63,999 nucleotides of DNA, filler included, from Dirinaria sp. TL-2023a (GCA_051941275.1; 11 parts of 11 records of this genome joined end to end with filler, not necessarily neighbours in it); one strand, 5' to 3'. Counted from the first letter of the whole stretch, positions 24,184 through 36,617 are shown. Program-made: numbers and translations. The notes: a model not told the origin generated them from the sequence alone.

Positions 24184-24810
24184 TCATGGCTCCCACCCCA
24201 TCACATCACGAAACACAGCCCTCGCCTTCTCCGAATATTCCGCGCCGGGCAACAACTGTAGCATGCGGAAGGGCCCTATCTGTCCCTTGGGCTTGAACGT
24301 GGTGAAAATCCTGATCCCGTCCTGCGCCTCCGAATCCCAGTTTCCGTTCACATGCCCCCACTTCGCAAGCCGTAGGATTTGCGGTACGGAAAGCGTCGGA
24401 ACTCGGCCATTGAGGATGTGGTCGAAGTACTCCTCGAGAATGGCCCGGAGCTTGGGATCGGTGTCTTCGTCGAGGTAGAAGGTGCCGGGCGTCACGCATT
24501 TGGGGACCTTGGGTAGAAACGCGCCTCTCTTGGCCAACGATGCGACGACTTTGGTGAGCAGAAACCGTTGGCGATATGCGACATAGGTGGCGTGGAAAGA
24601 AGGCGAAGCGCGGACCAAAGTGCGGAGACTGGGGGAGGCAACACTGGCTAGGAGAGATAGCAGGGCCACTTTGATGTCCGATGGCAGCATTTCGAGCGTG
24701 GCATCGGGATCTGTCAGTATCAGTTATTTTTTGATAGGTTCTGATGGCGAAAAAGTCATAGAGGAAGACATACTGTGCTCAGAGGAGCCCATTTTCTCTT
24801 TTGAGCTCAT
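24184..24810 (-). CDS. Small F-box-like N-terminal domain protein (~187 aa)
   Basis: Exon 1 (24810-24774), intron GTATGT..CTGACAG (24773-24711) and exon 2 join in frame. Reads LEMLPSDIKVALL...SLRTLVRASPSFHATY. Confidence 0.6.
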
Positions 24811-25714
24811 GTTGTAACAGCGCCTATGCGATAGTGATGGGTTGGATTTTTTGGTTATTGCATGGCAGGAAACGTTCCAACATATTAGACGCGATTGTCT
24901 GTAGACAAGCACGCATGTGTTGTGTGCGACGAGGTTGACGACTGATACGTCATTCTAACATTCATCATCATGAACGAAATGTGAAGTGATATCGGAGCAG
25001 AGTTTGCCCGAATCTTGTGATATCCGATCATCATCCTGAGACTGCTCTCATGACTTAATTTGAAGCTCCTCAAAAGCGGCTCAACCATGTCCTACTTAGC
25101 AGGCAGTAGGGAATATGGTCTTACAAGCTGTTGATCTGTGTACTTGCTAATATCACTCTGGATGCCCAGGCGGTACATTTTTGAATGTTGATATATAGTG
25201 TTGCTTTAGAACTTTCAGACCCTCAACAATCAATCTTTGTTTATCCATCATTAGCTTTGAAATGTTGTACAAGTACATAGGACCCTTATGACTGACATAG
25301 TAATGTATATGGTGTACTGGATCGGCTGTGTAACTTTGCAAAATTGCATTGCGAAGCCAAGCAGACAGTGCGGTCCAAAGGATACAAAAAAGTCTTATTC
25401 TCATCTGCTCCAGTTCCGAAAATGTAGATCTTGATTTGGCAGTCTCAAGCGGAATGTACACACCTAATGTTTGACAGCAGCAACCAATCGAACAATAAAC
25501 TAAAGCGAAAAGCAGCTGCAGGAAAATTCTCGATAAGGAGTGGAAGGGCAATTTTAGAAACATGACCACAAGCAGGACTATTCTCTCAAGATGGCCTTCT
25601 GCCTTTGATTAAGTAGATAATGATATAGGAGAGATATTAAAAGTGACTGGTGGAGCCCCTGATTTCGACAAATGACCTGAATCAGCTACATTCCTGTACT
25701 GTCAGAGCATTTGA

Positions 25715-26545
25715 TTACTGCAAGAGATACTGTAAATTATCCAAGGTCCGATAGGCAGTATAGGCGACCATCATCCTGACCGAGTTGCGCCATCTATTCT
25801 CAGTTGGCAAAATCGAAACGTTGCATCTGTCAATGTTTCCCTCTTTCGAAGATACTCCTCTTGTATGGAGTACGTTGGTAGTACGCAGGTGCGTCAGGTG
25901 TACCATGTCATAGTTCGAGAAATTGTCTCGGTAGGTCGTGGTGAATACTTCTGACCTCGCCATAATGAGGACCTCCTGATAGAGTTTTTCGAGGACTTCC
26001 GGCGGAGAGAGTTGCGTTAGGTCGGGCATTGTAGTAGAAAAGAATGTTGATACTGGCGACTGTTGGATGCCTGGCCGAGAACAGCGAATCTGGTATGGCC
26101 TGGTTGCGGTGCTGCTCGCCCCTTTCTCAATCCACCAACTCACAACATCACTCAGGCTCGCGAGTGCAATGCATTCTCGGACTCTCAACTTCAAGGCTTT
26201 TTCCCTGCAAGACAGAGCGTAATAGGCCCCTAAAGCGCCGATGATATTTTGCGATGAGACTACAGGTCGTACACTATACTCGAGTAGAGCATCGTCTTTA
26301 AGTGGTGGAAGCTCAACACCCCTCCCGGCTAGATCGTCTAGTGTGACTCGAGTCAGGATACTCTCGCGAGCAGCAATGTAAGCCTGGTGGTAAGAAGGCG
26401 ATGCGCGGATTAGAGCATGAAGAGATTTGAGATCAGAGACCTGCTCGAGTGTCATGATCATGATCTCCGTAGGCAACTTTTCGAATGAAAAAAGGCTTTG
26501 GTAGATATCGGTGTTGCTCAAGAGAGTTGAGTTGGTATTCGGCAT
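25715..26545 (-). CDS. F-box-like N-terminal domain protein (276 aa)
   Basis: FEKLPTEIMIMTLEQVSDLKSLHALIRASPSYHQAY..RESILTRV; paralogous to 24184-24810. Confidence 0.7.
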   Translation of the reverse strand: MPNTNSTLLSNTDIYQSLFSFEKLPTEIMIMTLEQVSDLKSLHALIRASPSYHQAYIAARESILTRVTLDDLAGRGVELPPLKDDALLEYSVRPVVSSQNIIGALGAYYALSCREKALKLRVRECIALASLSDVVSWWIEKGASSTATRPYQIRCSRPGIQQSPVSTFFSTTMPDLTQLSPPEVLEKLYQEVLIMARSEVFTTTYRDNFSNYDMVHLTHLRTTNVLHTRGVSSKEGNIDRCNVSILPTENRWRNSVRMMVAYTAYRTLDNLQYLLQ

Positions 26546-27450
26546 TTCTGTCGGGCCCTGTAGGTTGGCTGTTGAAGACTCTATGATGTAGAGTTTTGTG
26601 AGATCAATTTCGGGTATGAATTGCGGCTTTTGGTGCCTGGAATGATTTATCGTAGATTGCGGGACTCAGTCAGAGTAGAGCTTTAAACATTCGGTTCGAT
26701 ACTGTATTTATAAGTCAGAATATCAAATAAGCTTATTTGACCAGTGAAGCATAGTGAGGAATGCAGAAGTGAAGTGTTTTCTGTCAGTGTCATTGTTTCT
26801 TTCTCTCAGCGCGAACTTTTCCTTAGTGCTTCACCCAAAACCATCGACTCACAAACGAAGCTCTTATCTGCCGAGAATCGAGTATCTGACTCTTGTGTGT
26901 TAGAGACAATGATTAGTACTGATTGTTTTCTGAAAGATCAGTCGATGGTCAATACGAAGAACAAACTGTGCAAGCTAACAGGAACATGCGTGTCTCGTAT
27001 TTGGACAACAGAGATTAGTAACCTCACAATGATTAAGATTAAGCAAGACAGCCTAGTGTCCAAGTAATGAAAGGAATAGAATGCTGCTACAAGTTCTCTA
27101 GATAAAGACAACAAAGCAAAGCATGTGATCGAATAAAATCTCTACCAAGCAGATAATCTAATCCAACCCGTCACACATGGTCAGCATCTTCGTTTTCGTA
27201 AATTTCATGTCTGTCAAGATAATTTCTGTCAGGATAACTAAAATGTCTGTCACTGCACTACCGATAATAAGTATATAAAGCCTTTCAACCAGTGCCGACA
27301 TGATGTTGTCTTTACCAGTCCATTCTCCAAGTACTGCTCGTGCGTTTGCTGCTACATTATCTTGCCGAGCTCAATCTTTATTGGCGTATCATCTCGCTTG
27401 GTTGTGTTGCTAGTCTGTAGAGAGATAGAAGGCACAGGTGGAGTTACTTT

Positions 27451-28818
27451 TCAATCTCGATCGCTGGCCTTTGAATCGGCCTTGGGCCCTTCTTGGAGTG
27501 TCGTCAATGGCCCGGCAAGGGCAAGCCTTAGCTTGGCCTCTTGGGTCTTGTTGAGGTCTTTTGTCATGGTCACGGTCGCTTCGGCGCGCTTTCGCATCTG
27601 ACCAGTCAGTTGAAGACGATATTTAAGGCTCTTGGTTTTATGTATATCTGTGGTTATCAAGCTGGGCCTTGAGCATGTCCTTGTCGGCAGTGACTGCTTC
27701 GGAGTCTCCCTTCAGCTTGTCGTGGTCGAGGTTCAACCGTCTCACTTCCCGCTCAGCCTTGGTCCTCTCAGAGTAACTCGTCTTCAGCTGAGCTTGTAAT
27801 TGGGACCGTCGTTTGACGAGCTCGGATTTAATGTCCTCGAGCTTCTTATACTCTCCGGTCTTCGTACTGAGTTGCTCCTCGAGTTTGACGTACTCTCCAG
27901 TCTTCGTATTGAGCTGCTGCTCGAGCTTCCCACACTCTCCGTTCTTCGCAGTCAGCTGCTCACGCAGCTGAGCTGTTTCTCGTGAGAGTTGGCCAATCTG
28001 CAGATTTGCACCACTCAGGTTCAATCCTTGGGTTTGGAGAACATCTTCGTGGTGCGCGCGAAGTTCCGTGAGTTGCGCGGTCAACTCGTCCACTTTTGCG
28101 GTGTCGACCGGTGGTGTTTGAGCTTCGGCTGTTGCGAGATCCCGGGCCAACATACCGTTTAGATCTCGGAAGTATTTGACCCGGACCCGTCTATTTTCGT
28201 AGCCATCCTTGTACATTTCGGCCTTTCGCTCGATTTTCTTTCTCGCTTCACGGTCCTGCTCACAGTGCTGTCTTCGCATAACCGAACATGAATAAGGCTA
28301 CAGCCATGATGCTGCCTCTGATCGCCAAAACAGTGATGACTTCATCATCTCCGACGAAGTTTGAGGACAGACGTAGAAGACGTCCAAATGCTTATCTGAG
28401 GCCGATGGTCATTGCAGACTTTCAAGGAGCGGAAGTACTCGATTTGGAGACCCCGGGAGTAGTCGCGGATACCGTGGGGCTTGGAGCTCAGCTGTGCGTA
28501 GATTTGACTGGCCACGGCTGCGGTCACTCCATAAGGTTCGAACAGGCTAATGAGTATTTCTAGTGCCCGCCTTTCCTCGATGATCTCTATGTTCTTGACG
28601 ACAGCAGCTTTCTTAAGTAGTCGTGGATGCCTAGTGATTGAGTAGCCGGTGATAGTAAACCTTTGGCGCAGATGAGGGTGTATGTTTGAAGTACCATCCC
28701 ACAATGCATCACGGCCGTCAATGCTAACAATCATGTTGGTGACTGAAGGCCATGCTGGCCACGGCCAATTTAGTAAAGGCAGGCTGCTTGCAAGCAGTGC
28801 CAGTTGAGGTTGAAGCAC
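27451..28818 (-). pseudogene. Fragmented coiled-coil protein gene (probable frameshifted pseudogene)
   Basis: Three consecutive same-strand ORFs in shifting frames (28345-28818, 27638-28279, 27451-27660) with no clear splice sites between them. The central part is a heptad coiled coil. Confidence 0.45.
27836..27961. repeat. Three tandem 42-bp coding repeats (14 aa, two heptads)
   Basis: Each unit starts CTCGAG (27836, 27878, 27920). They encode EQLTAKNGECGKLE / QQLNTKTGEYVKLE / EQLSTKTGEYKKLE on the minus strand. Confidence 0.92.
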
Positions 28819-29417
28819 TAGAAGAGGGGCAACAGGTGCGACAGCGAGCGCGGAAGGGAGCCGATCAGCACGAGAACCGGCGGGATGGTTGTCAGGTGAT
28901 CGATGAGAGCTTATATCGCCATATGTTTTTTAGGAGAAAATATATATAGTAAAAATTTCAGAACAGTTATAACAATGAGCCCTTAGGAAATCTTGGATGT
29001 AGAGAAAATAGAATTGCAAGTTACTACTGAGATGCAGACGGTTTATATATGTATGGGAGGGAGACTGTGCAACACTTCACTGACACAGCTTTGCGTGATC
29101 TTATGTTAAGGGAATGGAAATTAGAGCAACACCTCGTTGCGTGATATTTTTTGATTCAGTGAGAAGACTAGTGAACGATACCTTGAGTAAGGAGGTGATA
29201 CAGATCAACACCCTATCTTGTGGTATGATTCAATTCAGTAAGAAGACAAGTGAAAGATACTTACCTTACCTTGAGCAAGATACTTAGAAAAGTGTTGCAG
29301 CAACTATCGCTTGCAACCAGACTGATAGATGGCACTAGTAGATAGATACTATTGAATAAAGCCGAAGATTCTCCGATAGACCCAATCACCCACCCCGAAG
29401 CCATCTCTATCAAAAAC

Positions 29418-29517
29418 NNNNNNNNNNNNNNNNNNNNNNNNNNNNNNNNNNNNNNNNNNNNTTAATTAATTAANNNNNNNNNNNNNNNNNNNNNNNNNNN
29501 NNNNNNNNNNNNNNNNN
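29418..29517. other. Artificial contig-joining spacer
   Basis: N44-TTAATTAATTAA-N44. Confidence 0.99.
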
Positions 29518-32374
29518 GGAGGGAATTTTGTAAGGGGGCTGAGGAGATGTAGAGGGGTCTGACAGGGGAGATTTAAGCTGCTCGGAAGTGCATAGTGACT
29601 TCACGCCCCGGACCGAGTTGGATTCTGGGAGGGAGGGGCATAGGTGAATAAGGTGTTCATTTTGGAGTAGTTTCCTTGGACCAATGTATATCTGTGTGTC
29701 TGATGAATAGATTTTCCTGCGCATACTTTGGTAGAGCGCAGTGTGGGCAGCCCCAGAGAACAGATCGACATAGGCACTTGAAGCGGATCAGGGAGTGGTA
29801 AATGGTGAATACATTTGGTGAGACGACCGAAAAAAAGGTTTCATCCTCCAACGAAAATTATTGCATTTGTGATATTTGTCGATCATGAAGTCTCGTGCAT
29901 GATTTTGGCCAATGTTTAAGGAGTTCTGGACATCTTGCTCGCTTAATATAAAAGTTGAAGGAGGATCTCGCGGCTTTGGTCATGGACAGTATGTGTAAAA
30001 CTGCCTCAACACCTCCAACAACATTTCTTAGATAGGTTGACCAAAATGGTCTAGCCTATAGACTAGTCACCTCAACACCACTAAGGGTAAATAGTGCCCA
30101 CAAATGCTTTTCGATAGACTTTAGACAATGCATGCTACATACACATACCAAATAGGTGCCATTGACTCGTTGGCATACAAATCTGACAGTATGCATATCT
30201 TTTTGCTTTCGGCAACGTGATTGATTTTGGCCCAAAGCCTAGTAGGCGGCGTACTCGAGTCCCTGTGCTATAAGGGAAGGCGAAGAGATGGTAAGGTACG
30301 CTTTAAGTACAATGAAATTCTCGGGGAACAAAACCTACATCAGAGTTATTTCCTTCCTTCAGTCCAATGCTAAGTCCCAATGGCCTCCTCAGCTGGGTCT
30401 ATAAAAGGAGAAAAGGCCCGTCCTCCGTTCCATATCTTTGACATAATTACCGTATGGGCGGGAACAGGGGAGGGAATCGAAATTTCAACTGGATATTCGA
30501 TGCTGCTTGCAAGGATAGCTTTGCGCGGGACAGAGGTGGATCAGCGATCTCGAGATCAACAGAATGCGGACTAGAGCGCGATTCTGCGTCCGCAACATGA
30601 CTGACGTAGTGAGAGGATTTGATAAAGACGGAGTATATTAGAAGGAATCCGCTTGTATCATACACAAGTTCTTCATTATCCGCCTTTCGATTCATTTAGC
30701 GCCTTTAGAGCACAGGGTTATCTCGGTAGAACTACAGATTTAAAACGGAAAATTGAATCGGCCTTTCAGGCCTCATTTCACATATCACTTTTGGTAGGAG
30801 GGGAGATCGCAAGGCAGCATGCATATCCTTGACGTTCGCTGACTGACTTAACTTTCAACTCCTGGACTCATTCGTGTCTTGGAAATAAAAGCACGACGCT
30901 TGACCTAAAGCTCGATTCCACAGTCTTGATGGAACAGGAGTAGTTTGGACTTATGGATTCATGCTGAAGGACCTGACTTGCCAGAATGACTGACTTCGTT
31001 GATACTCGCTCGTACTTACGACATGCTCTGATCAAGTCAGCTTGTGTGTAGCATTTCTCTCCTGACCAATCTGCTCAGTGGTTCTTGAAAGCCTCGACTG
31101 GAGAAGGTGCCAGCTTCGATGAAACTTTCTCGAGTCACTAATTCTCGTCTCAGGTCAGACTGTGTTTCTTGGGCTCTTTTGTAATGCATGAAATAAGGGT
31201 GGCGATAAATCCTGCTTCATGGACCTCGTTCGGAAGTGAAAAAGAGGCATTATCGAGGGTTGGACACAAGACATTTAGATGATTGATAGCATACAACCAA
31301 AGCAAATCATGCATGTGGAGACATCGCAACTGTCAACAGAAAGCGCACCACCAACACTGACCAGGGCGCAAACCTCGATACGGCTAGTAGAAGAATTCGT
31401 TGATAAGGCTGATAAGGAACCTCCTTTTTGGGATTTTGCTCGTGGAAGTCCGACGTTCGTAGCGAAAACCCACATATTTGGCTTAGCGTTGAGGCACCGG
31501 GTTCCTGCCCTGACGAGCCTGAGTACCGTGACTCCGAATTAAACCCCAACAAGGCATACTGTAGGTAGCGTCTAAAGAGCTAAGACAGAGATATGCATCT
31601 GTGAGGGAGGAAAATTAGGCCAGAGATCTCTCGTGGGGATAGGGAGATTTCTGACTGCCTCAGGTTCAAGCCACACGAGCTACAGTACAAGTGGCTGCGG
31701 AATCAGGCTGATGCAATACTCCGAAGTTGACCCGATCCGACGCAAGTCATAATCGCCCATGTGAGTTTACCGAAAGCCTTCTGTACTGTACTTTCCACTT
31801 GCCTATCTTGAACTGTATTTATGACCGTATATTCAAATACATTCAATTCAATTCCGATGCTTACTGCCCCTTTCTCTGTATCAGTTGCGCCTTGCACGTA
31901 TTGCGACCATTGACGCCTTTCCGCATTTCCTTCGGCTGCTCAGATCAATGAGAATCTCCTTCCTGCATCTTTCCGTATTCTCTCGGTTGATTGATACAAT
32001 AGCTTTGGGATATCTCCTAAGCTCGAAAGACCGTTTTGGCCATCCGATGTCCGCCAAAACAATCTACTGAAAGCTCACACCCACAGCAGCCTTGTCCTAC
32101 ACAAGGTCCCTCTATTTCTCCCGATCCGATCAGGCCTTAACCTGCTGCCTAATCAACAATTAGCGAACATTCACACCGGTGACAGATTTCCGAGATCTCT
32201 TTCAAACCTTCCGGTGGCACTCGCTGGCTGTCGTGGAGCTGGGCTTGTAAATAAATACAAAGGACATATCTCAGACACGCCGCCAAGGCCCGTAGAGAAT
32301 CCAAAGGCACACAGTTGTGGGCGAGAAGGGGTCGCTCATCAAGAGGAGGATACTGAACGTAGGAATACTATTCG

Positions 32375-34703
32375 ATGTCACAAGTAGGGACTCGGAAACG
32401 GCCAGCACCGGGAACATCCCCAGTCAATGCACCGACGGCCCAGATTGTTACCCAGAAGAACGGCACCTCTGCTAATCAGGATCGAGCAACGACCCTTATG
32501 GCTACAGACGACTACCTGCACTGGCCGCAGCAGGGTCAATCATCCTATCCCGATTCTGCCGATAATAACGGCTCAAACCTCTACAACGGCGTTTCGGATA
32601 CTCAAGGAATGAGCACCAACCAGCTTGCGAGGAGGTTGCTCAACCAAGACTTGATCTCGAGACCCAATTACAACGCGGTAAACAACGAGGCTTGGCCAGT
32701 CCTAGCGGACGGCGCTGGCCAAAGTACGGATGGCGGATGGATAAATGAGGATGATGACCTAGAGCGACTGGCCGAGGCCGCCAAGAGAGAAAATCAGGCG
32801 AAGCGGAAACAAATACCTCCGTTCGTCCAAAAATTGAGCAGGTGAGAGCGAGAACAAGTGGCTGCAGTGAGCATAAGCGGGCCAAATTCTAACGTCGCGC
32901 AGTTTCTTGGACAAGGATCAAAATACCGATCTGATTCGGTGGTCGGATAAGGGCGATTCTTTCATCGTAGTTGACGAAGACGACTTTGCAAGGAAGTTGA
33001 TCCCGGAATTGTTCAAGCACAGTAACTACGCTTCTTTTGTCCGACAGCTCAACATGTACGGCTTCCACAAGAAGGTGGGCCTTTCAGACAACTCTATGCG
33101 AGCGAGTGAGAGAAAGAACAAGAGCCCTTCAGAGTATTATCATCCGTATTTCCGACGAGGTAGACCAAACCTATTGTGGTTGATCCAGAAGCCGAAAACC
33201 CCACAAAGCAAGAATTCAGGAAAGGGCGGGCCAAGACTGAAGCAGGACGATGCCAATCAGGACGAAGACGGCGAGGAAACGTATGATGTTGATAGCCCTG
33301 ATGCCACAAATCGTGGGCAAGACAATGGAACAGCACAGAGAAGCAGTCGTCGACCGTTAATGATAGGCAACTCAGGCCGAGGGCAAACACCTTCGCAAGA
33401 TGAAATGGCTGCTATACAGCAAGAGCTGGCAGCAGTACGACAGAATCAGAAAGTTATCTCAAATGTCCTGCAGCAAATTGCCAGAGACAATGAACGTCAA
33501 GCGCAGGCCTACAAACAGTTGCACGACCGACACGAAAGTTCAATCAATGCTATCCTCACATTCCTTGCCACGGTCTACAATCGCAGTCTTTCCGAAGGCC
33601 AAGGTGGACAAAATTTTGGCAGCGTACTGGGAGGCGCTTTCCCTCAAGATACGCAGCCGCAGGGTAACGTGGTAGACATGGGCGATTATAATGAGCAGAA
33701 TGCTAGCCCAGCTCAGCGTTTCTTCAGAAAGCAGCCTCTGCTACTGAAAGCGCCTCCGTCTCGCAATGCTCCAGCGGCACAAAGTCCCAATGCCGGAGCC
33801 TCATCACAACTGTCACCTAATCAGGCTCAACAGTACCAGAGCCCCTCAGCTGCTAATTCGCCGGCGGTCCAAGAACTTTTCTCTCCCGCCACATCCCTTC
33901 GCTCTTCCCAAAGCCCCCAAGTCCACCCCACCACCAACGACAATACCACAGGTCAACCTCTCCCAGAAGCCGACATCATGTCTTTAATCAACAACCATAA
34001 CGCTCAAAACACTTTCCCGCCCGGTACACGCATGGACTTCCCCGAAGCTCTGTCTCACCTCCAAAACGCCGACGGAAAGACACCCCTGACGCCTAACCAG
34101 CGCAACAACGTCCTACAGCTTATGGCCGGCTCAAATACGGATCCTAACACCCCAAACAATGCGCTGACGTCGCCAAATCCGCCCGATCTCCCCGAGACCA
34201 ATCAATTTGACATGACACGCGACCAGCTCGAGTTCCTTGGGAACGCGATCAAGAACCAGGAGCAGAAAGTAGAGAGCCTGACACAGACACTAGCGCCACT
34301 GAGCCCGAGCGGAAGTATTCCCGGCATGAATGACAGCATACAGTACAACAACGCCGACTTGTTGGACATGGATTCGATATTCAACAGCGGCGATTATTTC
34401 AATGACAACATCGGTGGTGGAGGACTGGACTTCGGCAACAACAACAATATCCCGGATTTCAGTTTCGACGGGCCCGCGGAGAGCAGTATGCATGAGGGAC
34501 AAGAAGCTCCTCCTAGTCAAGACGGCACCGCGGATGAGAAATCCGACCGAGGTAGCGGGATCGAGACCTTGGGCAGCAGCGAGGTCACGAGTCCAGCCAA
34601 CACGAGTGCAGTCGAGGAAAGCGGGTTGGCGGAGCAACAGCACCAGCACCAGCAGCCGCCGCAGGAGGAGTATGGGAGGGGTAAAAGGAGGAAGAGGAAT
34701 TAG
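32375..34703 (+). CDS. HSF1: Heat shock transcription factor
   Basis: HSF DNA-binding domain IPPFVQKLSSFLD..LIRWSDKGDSFIV..LFKHSNYASFVRQLNMYGFHKKV, joined across intron 32842-32902, then the trimerisation coiled coil IQQELAAVRQNQ...HESSINAILTFLATVY. Confidence 0.95.
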
Positions 34704-35017
34704 CGGATCGGCAAGAAAAAAAAAAGCGACGGATAACACGAAGATCACGAAAGCGAGGCGATACGGCTGTCGATAATATACCACACACACAGGACGACTA
34801 AGATACTGATTCGGGAGGACGCGGGTTCATATTGTGTATGTGTGTGTATGCTTGCGAATTTCTTTCTCCGCCCTTAATCGAACTGAAAAACATCGGATCT
34901 GAAAAGAAAAAAAAAAGAGGGAAAATGAAACTAGAGTTCATGTATCTCACGAATAAGGTATGATGGGATTTAGTTGGGTCTCCAGAGGTTCTTTGCATCA
35001 GATACCTTACTTATGCA

Positions 35018-35045
35018 AATGTGAATGTGAATGTGAATGTGAATG
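35018..35045. repeat. (AATGTG)n microsatellite
   Basis: aatgtgaatgtgaatgtgaatgtgaatg. Confidence 0.9.
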
Positions 35046-35301
35046 GGGACCACATATCATAAAAAACCCTGGCTACCAACTTACCTTATTCAAGCCGGCC
35101 GGCTCTAAAGCCCTCTTTTTTTATATACAAACATAGATCTCATCTCATGAATGGAATCCTCTTCTCATAAGGGGGTTTTTTGAATCTCAGATCTTATTTT
35201 ATTTAAACATGGTTTTTGAAAATTGATGCTCTGGACATGTTTCTTGTCTTGTCTGTGTGTCACCCAAAACCGTGTTTTACAAAGCCCGCTATGCTATGCT
35301 A

Positions 35302-35401
35302 NNNNNNNNNNNNNNNNNNNNNNNNNNNNNNNNNNNNNNNNNNNNTTAATTAATTAANNNNNNNNNNNNNNNNNNNNNNNNNNNNNNNNNNNNNNNNNNN
35401 N
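35302..35401. other. Artificial contig-joining spacer
   Basis: N44-TTAATTAATTAA-N44. Confidence 0.99.
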
Positions 35402-35639
35402 GAAGCACGCAAGACGAAGTGTGTTTGCGTGCGGCGTTGATGGCTTGGAGCCTGGTCATAGGTATGAGGTTTCCGTTGCGAAGGCGCCGCTGATGAGTCT
35501 TTGGTGGAGGTGGGGAACGAAGGAGGATGTTTTGGTTGAGCCTGGGAGTGAGGAGTGGGGGCTGCAGGGGTTAGAGTCGGAGGAAATGCCGTTGGAGATT
35601 GAGGATATTAAGAGTGTGGAATTTGAGGTGGAAGAATAA
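35402..35639 (+). CDS. 3' end of a hypothetical protein (5'-truncated)
   Basis: Open frame from the contig edge: GVDGLEPGHRYEVSV...WWRWGTKEDVL...IKSVEFEVEE*. The composition is protein-like. Confidence 0.6.
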
Positions 35640-35658
35640 TCTTCTTCTGAAATGCTTA

Positions 35659-36617
35659 TCATTCGAACTCATCTTGAATATCTTGCAGTTCCTTCGCGAA
35701 TTTTTCCCAATAATCTTCTCCATATTCGCCGTCATCTTCTGCTTTCGCATCACAGGCAACCGCATCTTCAACCTGTATGTCAGCAGCGGAAGCTTCGCCT
35801 CGGCTCGCTCTCATATCAAATACGTCCAACAGCTTCAACTGCTTCAACGACAATTGTGTCCCATCGCGCAAATCGCAATACTTTGCTTGGACACGATGGA
35901 ACTGTGCAGCCCATATTCTGTCACCAGGATAAGTGCCCCCGCCGCCAACGGTCAAGCCGTCTTTAGCATCCCACTTCGCATTGGGATTCAGTTGCAACGC
36001 TGCCACAATGCCAGTGGGCTCGGGGATAGGCAGTGTTCCCGAAGCACCATGGCCAGAGTTCTTACTTGTAACGCTTAGGCAGGTTGCGTCTTTCATGACA
36101 TACAGACCTGTCAACATCCAAAGCTTGGGATGCTGAAGAGTCATACCATAGTAATACTTCAGTTTTCGGGACACGGTGAGTCGCGATGCGAGCCAGAAGC
36201 GCGCTACATCGGACGTGAGCACGACTTCGTCGAAAAACTTTGAGGGTCTTATACAGTCAACTGTTCTGAGAGTATGGCATCACAGGCAGCGACTCACTTT
36301 AGCAGCTCAATCTTGCAACCGGACTTTGCGACTACGACGTTGTAGCTATCACTATCGCGCGAAGCCGTAAGTTCAGCTAGATTCATTACACCGCCGCCGA
36401 AGCTACACCCTTTCTTTCGACTGTAGCCAGCCCAGCAATTCTCTACCGAGTCTTCTGTAGCCCAGGCAATTCTGTCATCTGCACTTAACTGCTCATGAAT
36501 GTAAGGGTCTCGTGTCCTCGGGTTTGCGAAATCGAATAGCAGGCTGCCTAGGGATAGAAGGCGTGGATTGATGCCTTCTCGGTAGCCTACGTAAGTAAGC
36601 TTCTCTTCTTCTGCCAT
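35659..36617 (-). CDS. Fungal gasdermin-like pore-forming protein (RCD-1/HET-Q1-like), 302 aa
   Basis: Exon 1 (36617-36298), 50-nt intron (GTGAGT..TTGAC..AAG, 36297-36248) and exon 2 (36247-35659) join in frame. Motifs LSLGSLL..FANP, KLWMLTGLYVMKDA and GDRIWAAQFHRV match the pattern of fungal gasdermin cores. Two Gly/Ser-rich hairpin regions, an acidic 45-aa tail and an adjacent CHAT protease gene add support. Confidence 0.75.

Noticed and set aside
29267..29290. ATACTTACCT matching the 5' end of U1 snRNA
   Set aside because: No U1 stem-loops or Sm site follow. It is part of the local TACCT repeat and a short duplication (29152-29280).
29518..32374. Short ORFs in the 2.8-kb region upstream of HSF1 (e.g. 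31279-31542)
   Set aside because: No recognisable domains or consistent splice structure. Treated as intergenic, although a decayed gene cannot be excluded.
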